Positions 24,039-33,955 of a stretch of 64,000 nucleotides of DNA are shown here, one piece after another; position 1 is the stretch's first letter; the number at the start of each line of letters is the position of its first letter. The stretch comes from a virus (lineage: Duplodnaviria > Caudoviricetes). A program made the position numbers and the translations under genes. The stretch is from the IMG/VR virus record IMGVR_UViG_3300033067_002020, positions 1 to 64,000 of that record; one strand, given 5' to 3'. The notes beneath the pieces are model-generated. The model had not been told where the DNA came from and searched no databases. It was given only the letters and a program-made list of their open reading frames with translations.

Positions 24039-25171
24039 GTACCTGTTTCTATTCGTCCAGATCTAGAATTTGAAATGTATCCGGGTGATGGTCCAGCCCA
24101 AGGAAAAACAAACTTTTGTGAAAGAATTACGTTAGAACCAATAACTAAACTTGAACTAGATGGTGAAACGGTTGGTGCGGGGGAACCATAACATAAACTG
24201 ACGTTGACTACAGTACCTAACATTCCAGTGTCTGTTCCGTCTTTTATACCGATGTAATAAGGAAACACTTCATAAGACGAAGACATGAATGTATTAAGAT
24301 AATCATATGCTGTCTGCGTTTGATTTTGGCCAATCCCATAAAACGTGCATGTTTTTGTTCCATTTGTTGAATTCAACGTAGGAGTCGGAAATCCTCCTTC
24401 GTTGTCAGGCGAATACGCTCCAGCAGTAGCACCAACTGTTGTTGTGTAAAACACTGGCTCACCACCAAATGTGTCTCTAACAAACATAAAATATGGAACA
24501 TCTAACAAAACACCAGATCTTGGCAAAACAGGACCAAAATGAACGACTTTATACTTTCCAGGAGAGTTTCCAGCGTCCATTAACATTGTAAATGAATCTT
24601 CTGTCAGAATTATATGCTGTCTTGTTGCAAACGATGTTGCAGGTGAAATTTTTACTTGATATTGCTTATTAGTTGCAAAAGCCCCGCCTGGCGCGTTTTG
24701 TCGGGGCCATGTAGCAAGTCTTCCAGATGAATCAGTCTTAAAAACTGGTGTGCCAACAGTTCCTGACGTAAATGATCCTGATGAACCGTTCCATGGAACT
24801 GTCACGCTACCAGAAACATGTGCTGAAATAGACAATCCAATCATTCCATATAATGGGTCTGACGTTGCAGTGTTTACGTTAAATGGAATAGACGTAATAG
24901 AACCAGTCGTATAAGACAACACAAGATCAAATTGTCCGTATGATGACGATAAAAATCTAAAACAACCCCAAGCTCGAGGACCAACTTGATCAAATGTGTC
25001 TGTGTAGTTAAATCCCCTTCCATTTAAACCTCTGTTTAGTTCAACTGTTTTAATTCCAAGTTGAGCTGCATCAGAACTTGTTAAAAACTGAATGATATTG
25101 CAAAAAACTTCACTAGTGTTCTCCATTTGTGATGACGTTATGTAACAATCTGCTTTAACTTTTACTGTCAT
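24035..25171 (-). CDS. Tail-fibre-associated structural protein
   Basis: G/S/T-rich beta-type sequence downstream of the fibre gene. Confidence 0.7.
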   Translation of the reverse strand: MTVKVKADCYITSSQMENTSEVFCNIIQFLTSSDAAQLGIKTVELNRGLNGRGFNYTDTFDQVGPRAWGCFRFLSSSYGQFDLVLSYTTGSITSIPFNVNTATSDPLYGMIGLSISAHVSGSVTVPWNGSSGSFTSGTVGTPVFKTDSSGRLATWPRQNAPGGAFATNKQYQVKISPATSFATRQHIILTEDSFTMLMDAGNSPGKYKVVHFGPVLPRSGVLLDVPYFMFVRDTFGGEPVFYTTTVGATAGAYSPDNEGGFPTPTLNSTNGTKTCTFYGIGQNQTQTAYDYLNTFMSSSYEVFPYYIGIKDGTDTGMLGTVVNVSLCYGSPAPTVSPSSSSLVIGSNVILSQKFVFPWAGPSPGYISNSRSGRIETGT

Positions 25172-25184
25172 GTGAAAGCGTCCT

Positions 25185-28100
25185 CTATGTCCATTCTATA
25201 TCTAATCTTGCGTTTTTAACTACAGACTGATTTCCAAGCCCGTCAACCCACATCCTCGCTTCAAGAATGCCAGAACCTGTCACAAGTAAAAATGCGTCCG
25301 AAACATCAGCTTCATATTGACCCAAAGATTGACTATAGTTTGTTATGATAGACCCTGAAACCTGTCCAGGGTACCCTAGAATGATTCCAGAATAATCGTA
25401 CATATCTAGATGAGCAACACCTAAGCTGATATTGTTTGGCGCAAATATACCTCTAAAGAAATATCTAACAGTCCCGATTGATGTGTTTAGTTTTGAAGGA
25501 TCAAAATAATTCATTCCAAGCGAGTCTTTAGAATCGACGTCCTGCGCAGACTGTTTTGTTCCAATGAACAACGGTATAGACTCCATACGTCTTATTGCAG
25601 AACCTGTAGTAAACCCTGCACCACCCGAGCCAGACGCATGAATGATGATAGAACCATTGCTTTGAGACAAAATGGTGACGTTATTGCCAGCAACAATGAA
25701 CGGTGAACCATCAAATAAAGACGTCATTGATCCGGTGAAACCACTTATTGACGTCACTGAACCTGTTATCAATAATGATGACGTTGTTTGAAGAATGTTT
25801 CCTAAGTCATTCCAACCGTTTGGTCCAGAAGGCCCAATTGGAGACGTTCCACTTATTGTTGCTTCAGACGAAATGACAACTTGACCGTTTGATTGTGATG
25901 AAATTTTTATAAATTCGCCAGCAACTAAATACGATAATCCCGATGGAAGTTTTTGGACTGACCCTTGTACACCTGTTTCAAATATTCCAGAACCACTGAC
26001 GTAAACATCACCACCAAATACAGATGTTTTTTTGTCTACGCCAACTCCACCAATAGAGCCTGAAACATAAAAGAACACATCAGTTCCAATTTGACTTACG
26101 CTTCTATTTTGCGAATCAATTGAAACAGAACCAGTTGTGACGAATGAATTGATTAAATCACGCCAAGTTCCTGTAACCGGTTGTTTATTCGCAATTACAA
26201 TCTGACCATTTGATTGAGAAGTGACTGTTGTGTTTGCACCAGCGACAAGATACGATAAACCAGTTGGCAATTTTGACAAAGAACCTGTCAATCCTGCTAA
26301 CGCTTCAACAGGTCCCGTAAATCTCGATCCTGTAATCATTGCAACAATGTTATCATTGACTGCGAATGTTACGTTTCCACCAGGACCTCCGTCTGTCAAT
26401 CTAAGACCTGTACCAGCAGCTAACGCTCTTTCATTGTCAAGAGATGCAGTAGTTGCCATCACAACGTACGATGCAAAAGCATCTGCGCCTGCACCACCAA
26501 CACCTGCAAGATTTGCCTTAATAACAACTTGCCCGTTTGACTGTGAAGTTACTGTGATGTTGTCACCTGCAACAATGTAAGACAACCCAGCAGAAACTTG
26601 TTGAATCGAACCTGTTGCTCCCCCGCTGAAAATTGTCGGTCCGGTAAATGTTGCTCCTGTCGTTCTTGCAACAGTTGAAGAAACTGCGACCGTAAATGTT
26701 GAACCAACACCAGCGTCAGTAAATGTTATGCCAGAACCAGCAGTTAAAGCTCTTTCATTAGCAAGTGACGATGTCACACCAACCACGAGATATGATGCGC
26801 TAGGATCACTGTTCGCAGAACCAATATCAAGAGAATTGATGATTATTTGTCCATTTGAAGCTGTAACGACTTGAATGCCAGTTCCGCCTGCTATGAATGA
26901 AATTCCGCTTGATAACGTAGAATGTGATCCTGTGAATCCACCAGTTGATTTTACTGGTCCGTAAAATGAAGAACCAGACAACGTTGCAACAATGTTATCA
27001 TTCACTGACAGCGTGACAGATGACCCTACACCACCGTCTAACAATTTGACGCCAGTGCCAGCCGTCAAAACTCTTTCATTTGGCAATGATGACGTTGATG
27101 TCAGAACAACATAGCTAGCTTCTTGATCTGCACCAGAACCTGCGGAGCCTGAAGCAAATGACGAAATAATGACTTGACCGTTTGAACCAGTTGAAATTAC
27201 AACGTTTTGTCCTGCAGCAAAAGCTGGTTGACCAGACGGTAATTGAGTTAATGAGCCTGTAAGCCCAGCATTGAATTTTACTGGACCGAAAAATGAAGAT
27301 CCTGAAAGAGTTGCTACAACGTTATCTTTTATTCCAAGGATTACGCCATTGTTTGAACCGCTGTCAAATAAAACAATACCAGTACCAGCAGTAAGCGTTC
27401 TTTCATTTGGTAACGAAGATGTTGACGCAATGACAATGTATGAAGCATCTGGATCTGCACCATTTGCAAACACAAGTGATGACGTAACGTTTGATGTGAT
27501 AATAACTTGACCGTTAGAAGCTGTTAGAATGTCAATTCCAGAGCCAGCGGCCAAATAACTCAACCCATTTGTTAGTTTTGATAATGTTCCAGATAAACCT
27601 GCATTAAATTTTGTAACACCTGTAAATGTCGTTCCAGAAACAGTTGCAACGATTCCATCATTTATTGACAACGTTGCGTTGCCTCCTGCACCTCCATCAG
27701 TAAGACGAACGCCAGTTCCAGCAGTCAACGCTCTTTCGTTTGCTAACGATGAAGTTACTCCCATCACTAAATAAGAAGCACCCGCGTCAGCGCCCAGCGA
27801 CGCTGTTATTCCAGACGTAGCTGAAATAATAACTTGACCAATAGAAGATGTGGTGATATTAACATAATCACCAGCAACAAGATAACTGACTCCATTAACA
27901 AGTTTTGTTAAAGAACCTGAAAGTCCAGCATTAAATTTTGGCGCACCATTGAATATGCTACCAGACAAAGTTGCAACAACTCTATCGTCAACATTAACAA
28001 TGTAATTTCCTCCCGGCCCTATGTCACTGCCAGTAAGACCCAATCCTAACGTAAATTTTCTATGATTTGCTAATGATGAAGTTGCCGCTAATAACAAATA

Positions 28101-29285
28101 TTGAGCGCCAGGATCTCCGCCACCACCACTTCCACCTACACCAGAACCACTCAATAAATCAGTTAATGTGACACCTCCAACGTGATTTCCATCATAGAAA
28201 TACATGTTATTCGAGGTTCTTGCAATACGCGTATTTGCATCAAATCTAACTGAACCTTGGAATGTCACGTCACCAGAAAAAGTTGAACCTGACGTTGTTG
28301 CAACAATATTGTCATTTATTGCAAATGTCACAGATGAACCAGCACCAGAATCAGTTAATCTTAGACCAGTTCCTGCTGAAAGCGCTCTTTCATTTGGCAA
28401 AGATGACGTGTTATTGAGCGTCACGTATGACGCGCCTTTATCTGCACCAGTTTCCTGGACTGTCGCAGATATGGTCACAGAACCCCCTGGACCGCCATCA
28501 GAAATATTTATCCCAGATCCAGCAGTTAGAACCCTTTCATTTGGTAGGGCGCTTTCTGGATTTATCGACACATATGACGCAGTACCTGGTGCAGCAGATC
28601 CCGTAGTTATTGCAGTTATTCTACCTTGCGAATCAACTGTTAGTTGAGGAGTGTTGTACGTGCCTGCAACGACGCCAGTATCAGACAACTTTATTTCAAT
28701 TGTTGAGTTAGGCCCATTGTCTGTGATCACTAAACTACTGTCAGTGTCAAGATTTCTTTCTTGCGACAATCCAGTTTCAGAATTTACTGTGATATAAGAT
28801 GCACTTGATGGTGCAAATATTCCACCAGTACCGCCTCTAGCAATTGTGACCCATTGTTCACCGTTATAGATGATGATAAATGATCCATAATTGTCGTTAA
28901 TTGTGATTCCGGCCATTTGATTATCAATCAAAACGCCAGATGCTCCGACAACTTGTATTGGATATTGTTGGGCTGTACCTGCAACATCCTTTACAATATA
29001 CATTTTTCCCTTATTGGGAATTTTTGGCAAATAGATTGTTGTTTGAACAATCGGTGCTGAAACACAAACAACAATTTCTTCGCTTGATAACGTAAAAGAT
29101 GGATTTACAGGATTTAGACGCACAACTCTTGAGGTTATCTCAAGACCACCTGTCAAAATGAGTGTTGCTTCGTTACCTTGAAATCCTACCTGAAAATCGC
29201 CTGTATTTATAACCTTTCGAACGTTCCCTTGAGGATCTTTTATAACGACATTGACACTTTTTTTTGCTTCGGCGACTGTAGTCAT
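25185..29285 (-). CDS. Long repeat-containing tail fibre, 1366 aa
   Basis: Nine A-repeats (GAD..ASY....TSSL.NER.LTAG.G) alternating with B-repeats (..SYLVAG.N....SNGQV.I). Confidence 0.85.
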   Translation of the reverse strand: MTTVAEAKKSVNVVIKDPQGNVRKVINTGDFQVGFQGNEATLILTGGLEITSRVVRLNPVNPSFTLSSEEIVVCVSAPIVQTTIYLPKIPNKGKMYIVKDVAGTAQQYPIQVVGASGVLIDNQMAGITINDNYGSFIIIYNGEQWVTIARGGTGGIFAPSSASYITVNSETGLSQERNLDTDSSLVITDNGPNSTIEIKLSDTGVVAGTYNTPQLTVDSQGRITAITTGSAAPGTASYVSINPESALPNERVLTAGSGINISDGGPGGSVTISATVQETGADKGASYVTLNNTSSLPNERALSAGTGLRLTDSGAGSSVTFAINDNIVATTSGSTFSGDVTFQGSVRFDANTRIARTSNNMYFYDGNHVGGVTLTDLLSGSGVGGSGGGGDPGAQYLLLAATSSLANHRKFTLGLGLTGSDIGPGGNYIVNVDDRVVATLSGSIFNGAPKFNAGLSGSLTKLVNGVSYLVAGDYVNITTSSIGQVIISATSGITASLGADAGASYLVMGVTSSLANERALTAGTGVRLTDGGAGGNATLSINDGIVATVSGTTFTGVTKFNAGLSGTLSKLTNGLSYLAAGSGIDILTASNGQVIITSNVTSSLVFANGADPDASYIVIASTSSLPNERTLTAGTGIVLFDSGSNNGVILGIKDNVVATLSGSSFFGPVKFNAGLTGSLTQLPSGQPAFAAGQNVVISTGSNGQVIISSFASGSAGSGADQEASYVVLTSTSSLPNERVLTAGTGVKLLDGGVGSSVTLSVNDNIVATLSGSSFYGPVKSTGGFTGSHSTLSSGISFIAGGTGIQVVTASNGQIIINSLDIGSANSDPSASYLVVGVTSSLANERALTAGSGITFTDAGVGSTFTVAVSSTVARTTGATFTGPTIFSGGATGSIQQVSAGLSYIVAGDNITVTSQSNGQVVIKANLAGVGGAGADAFASYVVMATTASLDNERALAAGTGLRLTDGGPGGNVTFAVNDNIVAMITGSRFTGPVEALAGLTGSLSKLPTGLSYLVAGANTTVTSQSNGQIVIANKQPVTGTWRDLINSFVTTGSVSIDSQNRSVSQIGTDVFFYVSGSIGGVGVDKKTSVFGGDVYVSGSGIFETGVQGSVQKLPSGLSYLVAGEFIKISSQSNGQVVISSEATISGTSPIGPSGPNGWNDLGNILQTTSSLLITGSVTSISGFTGSMTSLFDGSPFIVAGNNVTILSQSNGSIIIHASGSGGAGFTTGSAIRRMESIPLFIGTKQSAQDVDSKDSLGMNYFDPSKLNTSIGTVRYFFRGIFAPNNISLGVAHLDMYDYSGIILGYPGQVSGSIITNYSQSLGQYEADVSDAFLLVTGSGILEARMWVDGLGNQSVVKNARLDIEWT

Positions 29286-29304
29286 TTTAATCTTAATTAA
29301 TATA

Positions 29305-32300
29305 TCAAGTTACAGAAGACAATTCAAGACTAGAAACATTTATCGGATTTTCCCTATTTTTAACATCACCATCAAAATATGGAAGCGACGAAGAACATTC
29401 AAAGTGAAGATTTGACGAGTATGTAAATTCCGGTCTTGTCTGTTCACCTTTATAATTGACAAATCTTACGTTTACAGCTCCTGGCGTCGGTCCAGTTGAC
29501 TCATAAAATTTTGTGTCGACTCTTTGTTCTAACATGTCTCTAAATTGACCAAACTTGTCATGTCTAAAGATACACTTGCTAAATTGTGCAAAGCCATTTA
29601 TCAAACCATATTTCCAACCTCTGATAACCGCACCACGATTTGCTGGAGTTCTTGGGCAAGTCGTTGTTGTGCTACCAGAATAATGCAAAATCGTTCTAGG
29701 TTGTGGAGCGTTGGTGCAACCAAAAATTCTGTTTGTCGTTGAAGGGACGACGTTATCACTACAGTTGCTTGCAATTTGTGATTCTTGTAATCTTTGTGGG
29801 TAAGTGTTTGAATCACCGAACCCATACACAAGTTTTACAATTGTGTCAGGTCTTACACCGTTTGTGACGTTATAAAAATTAGACGTTTCACCAGCCCAAC
29901 GTGACGTGAGTGTATGATTTACAAGTGATCTTGCCGCGCGATATTCATCAATATTTCCTGCGTTATTATAAACTTGCAAATATCCACAACCATATGCGAT
30001 TGTTTTTCTTGAGTATGTTGTATGCTCAATTTGTCTTGACACAGTAGAATACTTTGCTTCGAACGGATATGACTTTGTCCAGTGAATATTGGACGAATAC
30101 ATCGAGTCTTGATAGTCGTAATTTTGTGCTGACGCATCATTTGTGTTTATGTCAAAGTTAATGTAAACGACTGGTAATCCACGTGGCATTGGAAATGAAC
30201 ACGGCAAATAAAGGTATTGAACACCATAAACAAACGCAGAATCTGCTTTGAATATACCGTCAAGAGACGGCACCATGCTGTCGTAAAATCTTTCATGTGA
30301 TGATGCTAGTTGTATAAATCTTTGAAATGAAAACTTTTCTTTCTTTACAGTGTTGTAATCGCTGTAAGAAATAACTTCGTTTTCAGTGCCTATGTTTTTA
30401 TTGAAAATTTCAACATTTTGATAATACGTATTTTTATCTGTTTTGTCTGCAACAAGTTTTCTATTACCTGTCGTAATGACATTTGATGAATCAATACCAA
30501 CTAAAGAACCTGTAAGATAATCAGATAAAAATGAACCAGCATGTGTTGATGTATACTCTACGTTAAAATCATCTAAAATAGGTTCTCCACCAATAATTTC
30601 ATGTATTTCGTTTGTTTCTAAACGTTGATTTAACGTGTCGTGATATTCTCTCTCTTGAGAAATTAGAGATCCATATAACGTAATGTTTATCGTTCCAGTA
30701 AACATTGCGACGTCATGCGAACCTGTCAACAACCAAGGTCCGTCAATATCGTTATTTAATGCGTAAATATTTTTTGTCGCTACTGGTCTGTGTTTAGACG
30801 CAAATAATATTACTTTGTCATTTGGAAACAGAACATAAGGTGAATATGCACCTTGTTCGTAATTGTAAATTTTTGCGTCTCGATAAGGAGCACCATCAGG
30901 CGAACCTGTGATCTGACCAAAAAGTCTTGTGTTGACACTTCTGATTGATGTATCTTGTGGCATCATAAATTCTCTGCCAACATATGATCTGCCAGAAGGA
31001 ACGCCTGACATATTGCGTCCAAAAGGATTCACAGCTATGATATATGAATCTTTTACTGTTCCATCGTGATCAGAAGAACTTAAAAGATCATTATACGTAA
31101 TTGCACCATTTGAAACAGCTGGGATCATGTTCATTGTAACAGATCCTGTAAAAAAGCCGTTTTCGTTATCTTTTACAATACCAGCGGGTGTTGCATATGA
31201 TGAAAATCCCCATACAAATCGGTTCCAATCACCTACTTGAGGATGTTTTTCTATCACTTGAAATGATACGTTATCTTTATCTGGAATTATTGTTCCTGAA
31301 ATTATGACATCTCGCGTTCTTGTTGCGAGTTGATTCATAAGACCAATTGTTATAGCAGGCCCACCGATATCTAATGTGTCATTTGCAGTACCACTGATAT
31401 AATCAAGCTTTTTAATACGTGTTTGATCTCTTGTCCACCCTGGTCCTGCCTTGATCGGCATGTCAATGACCATTTTCTCCAAAAGAAATGGTTGATTTAT
31501 CAATTTTGACATATCGATCACTTGTGACGTTGAAGGTTCAAAATTTGCATTCAACGTAACATTTGAAGGATCTGATAATAACAAGCTTGCTTCTAAAATG
31601 TTATTTTTAACATACTTTGGAGCGTGAGAAGTAAAAACATCAGTATACAGGTTCGGCAATAATGAACCACTGATTACATTATTGCCGAACGCGCCAAATA
31701 ATTTAGCATCAGCAAAGACATCAATGCATCGTGTCAAACCATCGTCTTCTGAAAATGAGACAGATTTTCTACCTTTTCCAATAGGAGGCTCAAGATCACC
31801 AACCTGTTCCCATTTTTGACGTTTTGAATTGTAATACATCAAACTAGCTGTTGTTGCATTCCAGGTAGTGATGCTACGAACCGGTAATGACAAACGAATT
31901 TGTGTTTTGCTGCCTAAATTTGAACTGAATCCAAATCCAACGTTTCCTACGTCACTTCCCGTTGCATAAAATGCTGAAGTTTTATCAAGATTTTGTTCAA
32001 AAAGCTTATTTTCACTAAATGGAACAAACTTTTCTGTGTTTGTTGATGCAACAATCCAATTTTCTATGGCATTTTTTGATACGCTTGATGTTATTTGAAT
32101 GTCACTAGACATTCCTGTCTTTAGAAAGCGACTTGCGACTGGTAACGTTGTTGGAAATGACACGACGCTCGATGTTATAAACATCACAACATCAGTATCA
32201 TCAAAAAATATATTATTGTTACCTTTTCGACCACGATCACCAGTTCTAGCAATCGTTGGATAACTTCCTGCAAGTCTATCTTGCTTTCGTAGTTCTAGCT

Positions 32301-32331
32301 TTGGTAATACATGTCGTATTTTAGATGCCAT
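29305..32331 (-). CDS. Large virion/baseplate-associated protein, 1008 aa
   Basis: Position in the structural module; composition. Confidence 0.7.
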   Translation of the reverse strand: MASKIRHVLPKLELRKQDRLAGSYPTIARTGDRGRKGNNNIFFDDTDVVMFITSSVVSFPTTLPVASRFLKTGMSSDIQITSSVSKNAIENWIVASTNTEKFVPFSENKLFEQNLDKTSAFYATGSDVGNVGFGFSSNLGSKTQIRLSLPVRSITTWNATTASLMYYNSKRQKWEQVGDLEPPIGKGRKSVSFSEDDGLTRCIDVFADAKLFGAFGNNVISGSLLPNLYTDVFTSHAPKYVKNNILEASLLLSDPSNVTLNANFEPSTSQVIDMSKLINQPFLLEKMVIDMPIKAGPGWTRDQTRIKKLDYISGTANDTLDIGGPAITIGLMNQLATRTRDVIISGTIIPDKDNVSFQVIEKHPQVGDWNRFVWGFSSYATPAGIVKDNENGFFTGSVTMNMIPAVSNGAITYNDLLSSSDHDGTVKDSYIIAVNPFGRNMSGVPSGRSYVGREFMMPQDTSIRSVNTRLFGQITGSPDGAPYRDAKIYNYEQGAYSPYVLFPNDKVILFASKHRPVATKNIYALNNDIDGPWLLTGSHDVAMFTGTINITLYGSLISQEREYHDTLNQRLETNEIHEIIGGEPILDDFNVEYTSTHAGSFLSDYLTGSLVGIDSSNVITTGNRKLVADKTDKNTYYQNVEIFNKNIGTENEVISYSDYNTVKKEKFSFQRFIQLASSHERFYDSMVPSLDGIFKADSAFVYGVQYLYLPCSFPMPRGLPVVYINFDINTNDASAQNYDYQDSMYSSNIHWTKSYPFEAKYSTVSRQIEHTTYSRKTIAYGCGYLQVYNNAGNIDEYRAARSLVNHTLTSRWAGETSNFYNVTNGVRPDTIVKLVYGFGDSNTYPQRLQESQIASNCSDNVVPSTTNRIFGCTNAPQPRTILHYSGSTTTTCPRTPANRGAVIRGWKYGLINGFAQFSKCIFRHDKFGQFRDMLEQRVDTKFYESTGPTPGAVNVRFVNYKGEQTRPEFTYSSNLHFECSSSLPYFDGDVKNRENPINVSSLELSSVT

Positions 32332-32353
32332 ATTGTTTGTATTGTATTACATA

Positions 32354-33940
32354 TCACGTAAGTGAATATTTCAAAGATGCATATTTCTTGTATGAATCAC
32401 GTTCATCAGAATCAAAAGACGTATTTGTGATTCCATACTCGGCAATGTTTCCATAAAAAGGATATACTGGATCGTTTAAGTGCAAATAACGATTTGAATT
32501 TACTATCAAGCCCGTTGCCGCCGTTGAAATCTCTGATTCTCTATTTTTTGAAATTGTCAGTCTTCCATTTTCAAGTCTACACTCAATTAACATCCATGTG
32601 TCAAGAGAAATTGCGACTTCAACAGTTGTTAAGACAGCTGATGCGTTTACGTACCATAATTGAAGTTTATTTCCACCACTTGTAGATGCTGATAATCCTA
32701 CCATTTGAGAACTGTAAAATCCAACATCTCCCCAAATTCTATCGTTTATTCTTGGATCTGAATTTGACGTTGTTATTTGTGTAATTTTCAATACGATGTA
32801 TACATCAAAAAAACTACGAGACGTTATTGACAATATTCCGTTACTAGAGTAAAGCACACCTGGTGTTGAAGCATCAAATCGTATACTTTGATTTTCGTTT
32901 ATTGTTTCACCTTCACTTGGCGCACCGTAATTTCCAATTTTATAATCAAACTTATATCCAGACAAATCAAGCCAGCGACTGACGCTTCTTGGGTTTGCTG
33001 AATCAGAATAAATCGTTGATTCTCTGTACCAACCAACCCACGGTAAAACTGTCGGATCGAAAGAAAACACAGTCGAATCATATCTTTCAAACGTTTCAAC
33101 GATTCGCTCTGACAACGTTCCTGATCTGTACGTTAGATTTCCATATGCAATTGAATCGGATCTTGGTGAACCAATGACATTTTCGTAATCAGTACCAACA
33201 ACACTTCTTGTGTAATTTTTTGGTAAATAATTGTCAGTTGCTGGCGTCATATTTGTCAACGTTCCAACAATAGATTCAGACATTTTTTCACTAACAATCA
33301 CGCCAGACTTGATTTGTTCATCTTCGTAAGGTGAAATAACTTTGGATGTGTTGGGAAAATACCCTAAATTTATAGGTGAACCGTTGAAGTTATCAATATT
33401 ATCTTCAAATAGATGAATGCCTCTTGTCACATCTGAGTTCTTTTGAACATCAACAACCCTGTCTGAGTTTATGTAACTGTTGTAGTTACCAGACTCTAAG
33501 TTGCCTTTAACTGAATGTGCTTCAAACGGTGCATCAATTGATGAAAACATCGCAACGTGTCTAATGGCAAAAGGTTCAACAATTCCATCAAGTACATTTG
33601 CTGCTTTCAATATTGAATGTTGAAAAACAATAGGATACGTCAATCCAGATTTTTTTGTGCCACTTTTTCCTTCAATGTACGTCAAAGGATTGAAATAATC
33701 AACATCAACAAACAATTTTTGTTCAATTATTTCATCAGATTGTTCACCAAATTGTGTCTGAGGCAACGTATGTCGTGGATAACCAGCATGAATTTTAACA
33801 AGTCCTAGACAATGAAACTTGTCTTCTGTTAGTTCGATTCCTTGTCTAAAAGGATCTATGAATTTTGTGTTAATGCTTCCAGATTTTGTCAGATGAATCT
33901 TGGGACCAAGAGGTCCTTCACTAAATGGCGCAAAACTCAT
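32354..33940 (-). CDS. Virion protein with a C-terminal LamG/concanavalin-like domain
   Basis: W.DLSG ... IRFD ... W.LIECRL ... G.IAE beta-sandwich pattern. Confidence 0.7.
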   Translation of the reverse strand: MSFAPFSEGPLGPKIHLTKSGSINTKFIDPFRQGIELTEDKFHCLGLVKIHAGYPRHTLPQTQFGEQSDEIIEQKLFVDVDYFNPLTYIEGKSGTKKSGLTYPIVFQHSILKAANVLDGIVEPFAIRHVAMFSSIDAPFEAHSVKGNLESGNYNSYINSDRVVDVQKNSDVTRGIHLFEDNIDNFNGSPINLGYFPNTSKVISPYEDEQIKSGVIVSEKMSESIVGTLTNMTPATDNYLPKNYTRSVVGTDYENVIGSPRSDSIAYGNLTYRSGTLSERIVETFERYDSTVFSFDPTVLPWVGWYRESTIYSDSANPRSVSRWLDLSGYKFDYKIGNYGAPSEGETINENQSIRFDASTPGVLYSSNGILSITSRSFFDVYIVLKITQITTSNSDPRINDRIWGDVGFYSSQMVGLSASTSGGNKLQLWYVNASAVLTTVEVAISLDTWMLIECRLENGRLTISKNRESEISTAATGLIVNSNRYLHLNDPVYPFYGNIAEYGITNTSFDSDERDSYKKYASLKYSLT

Positions 33941-33955
33941 AATATGTTCTTTCTA

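Noticed and set aside
26221-28647. Plus-strand ORFs 26221-26580, 27271-27510 and 28204-28647
   Set aside because: Antisense shadows of the repetitive tail fibre; their similarity mirrors the fibre repeats.
25185-29285. DNA-level repeat array in the fibre gene
   Set aside because: Repeats are conserved at protein level with synonymous divergence, so they are coding repeats.
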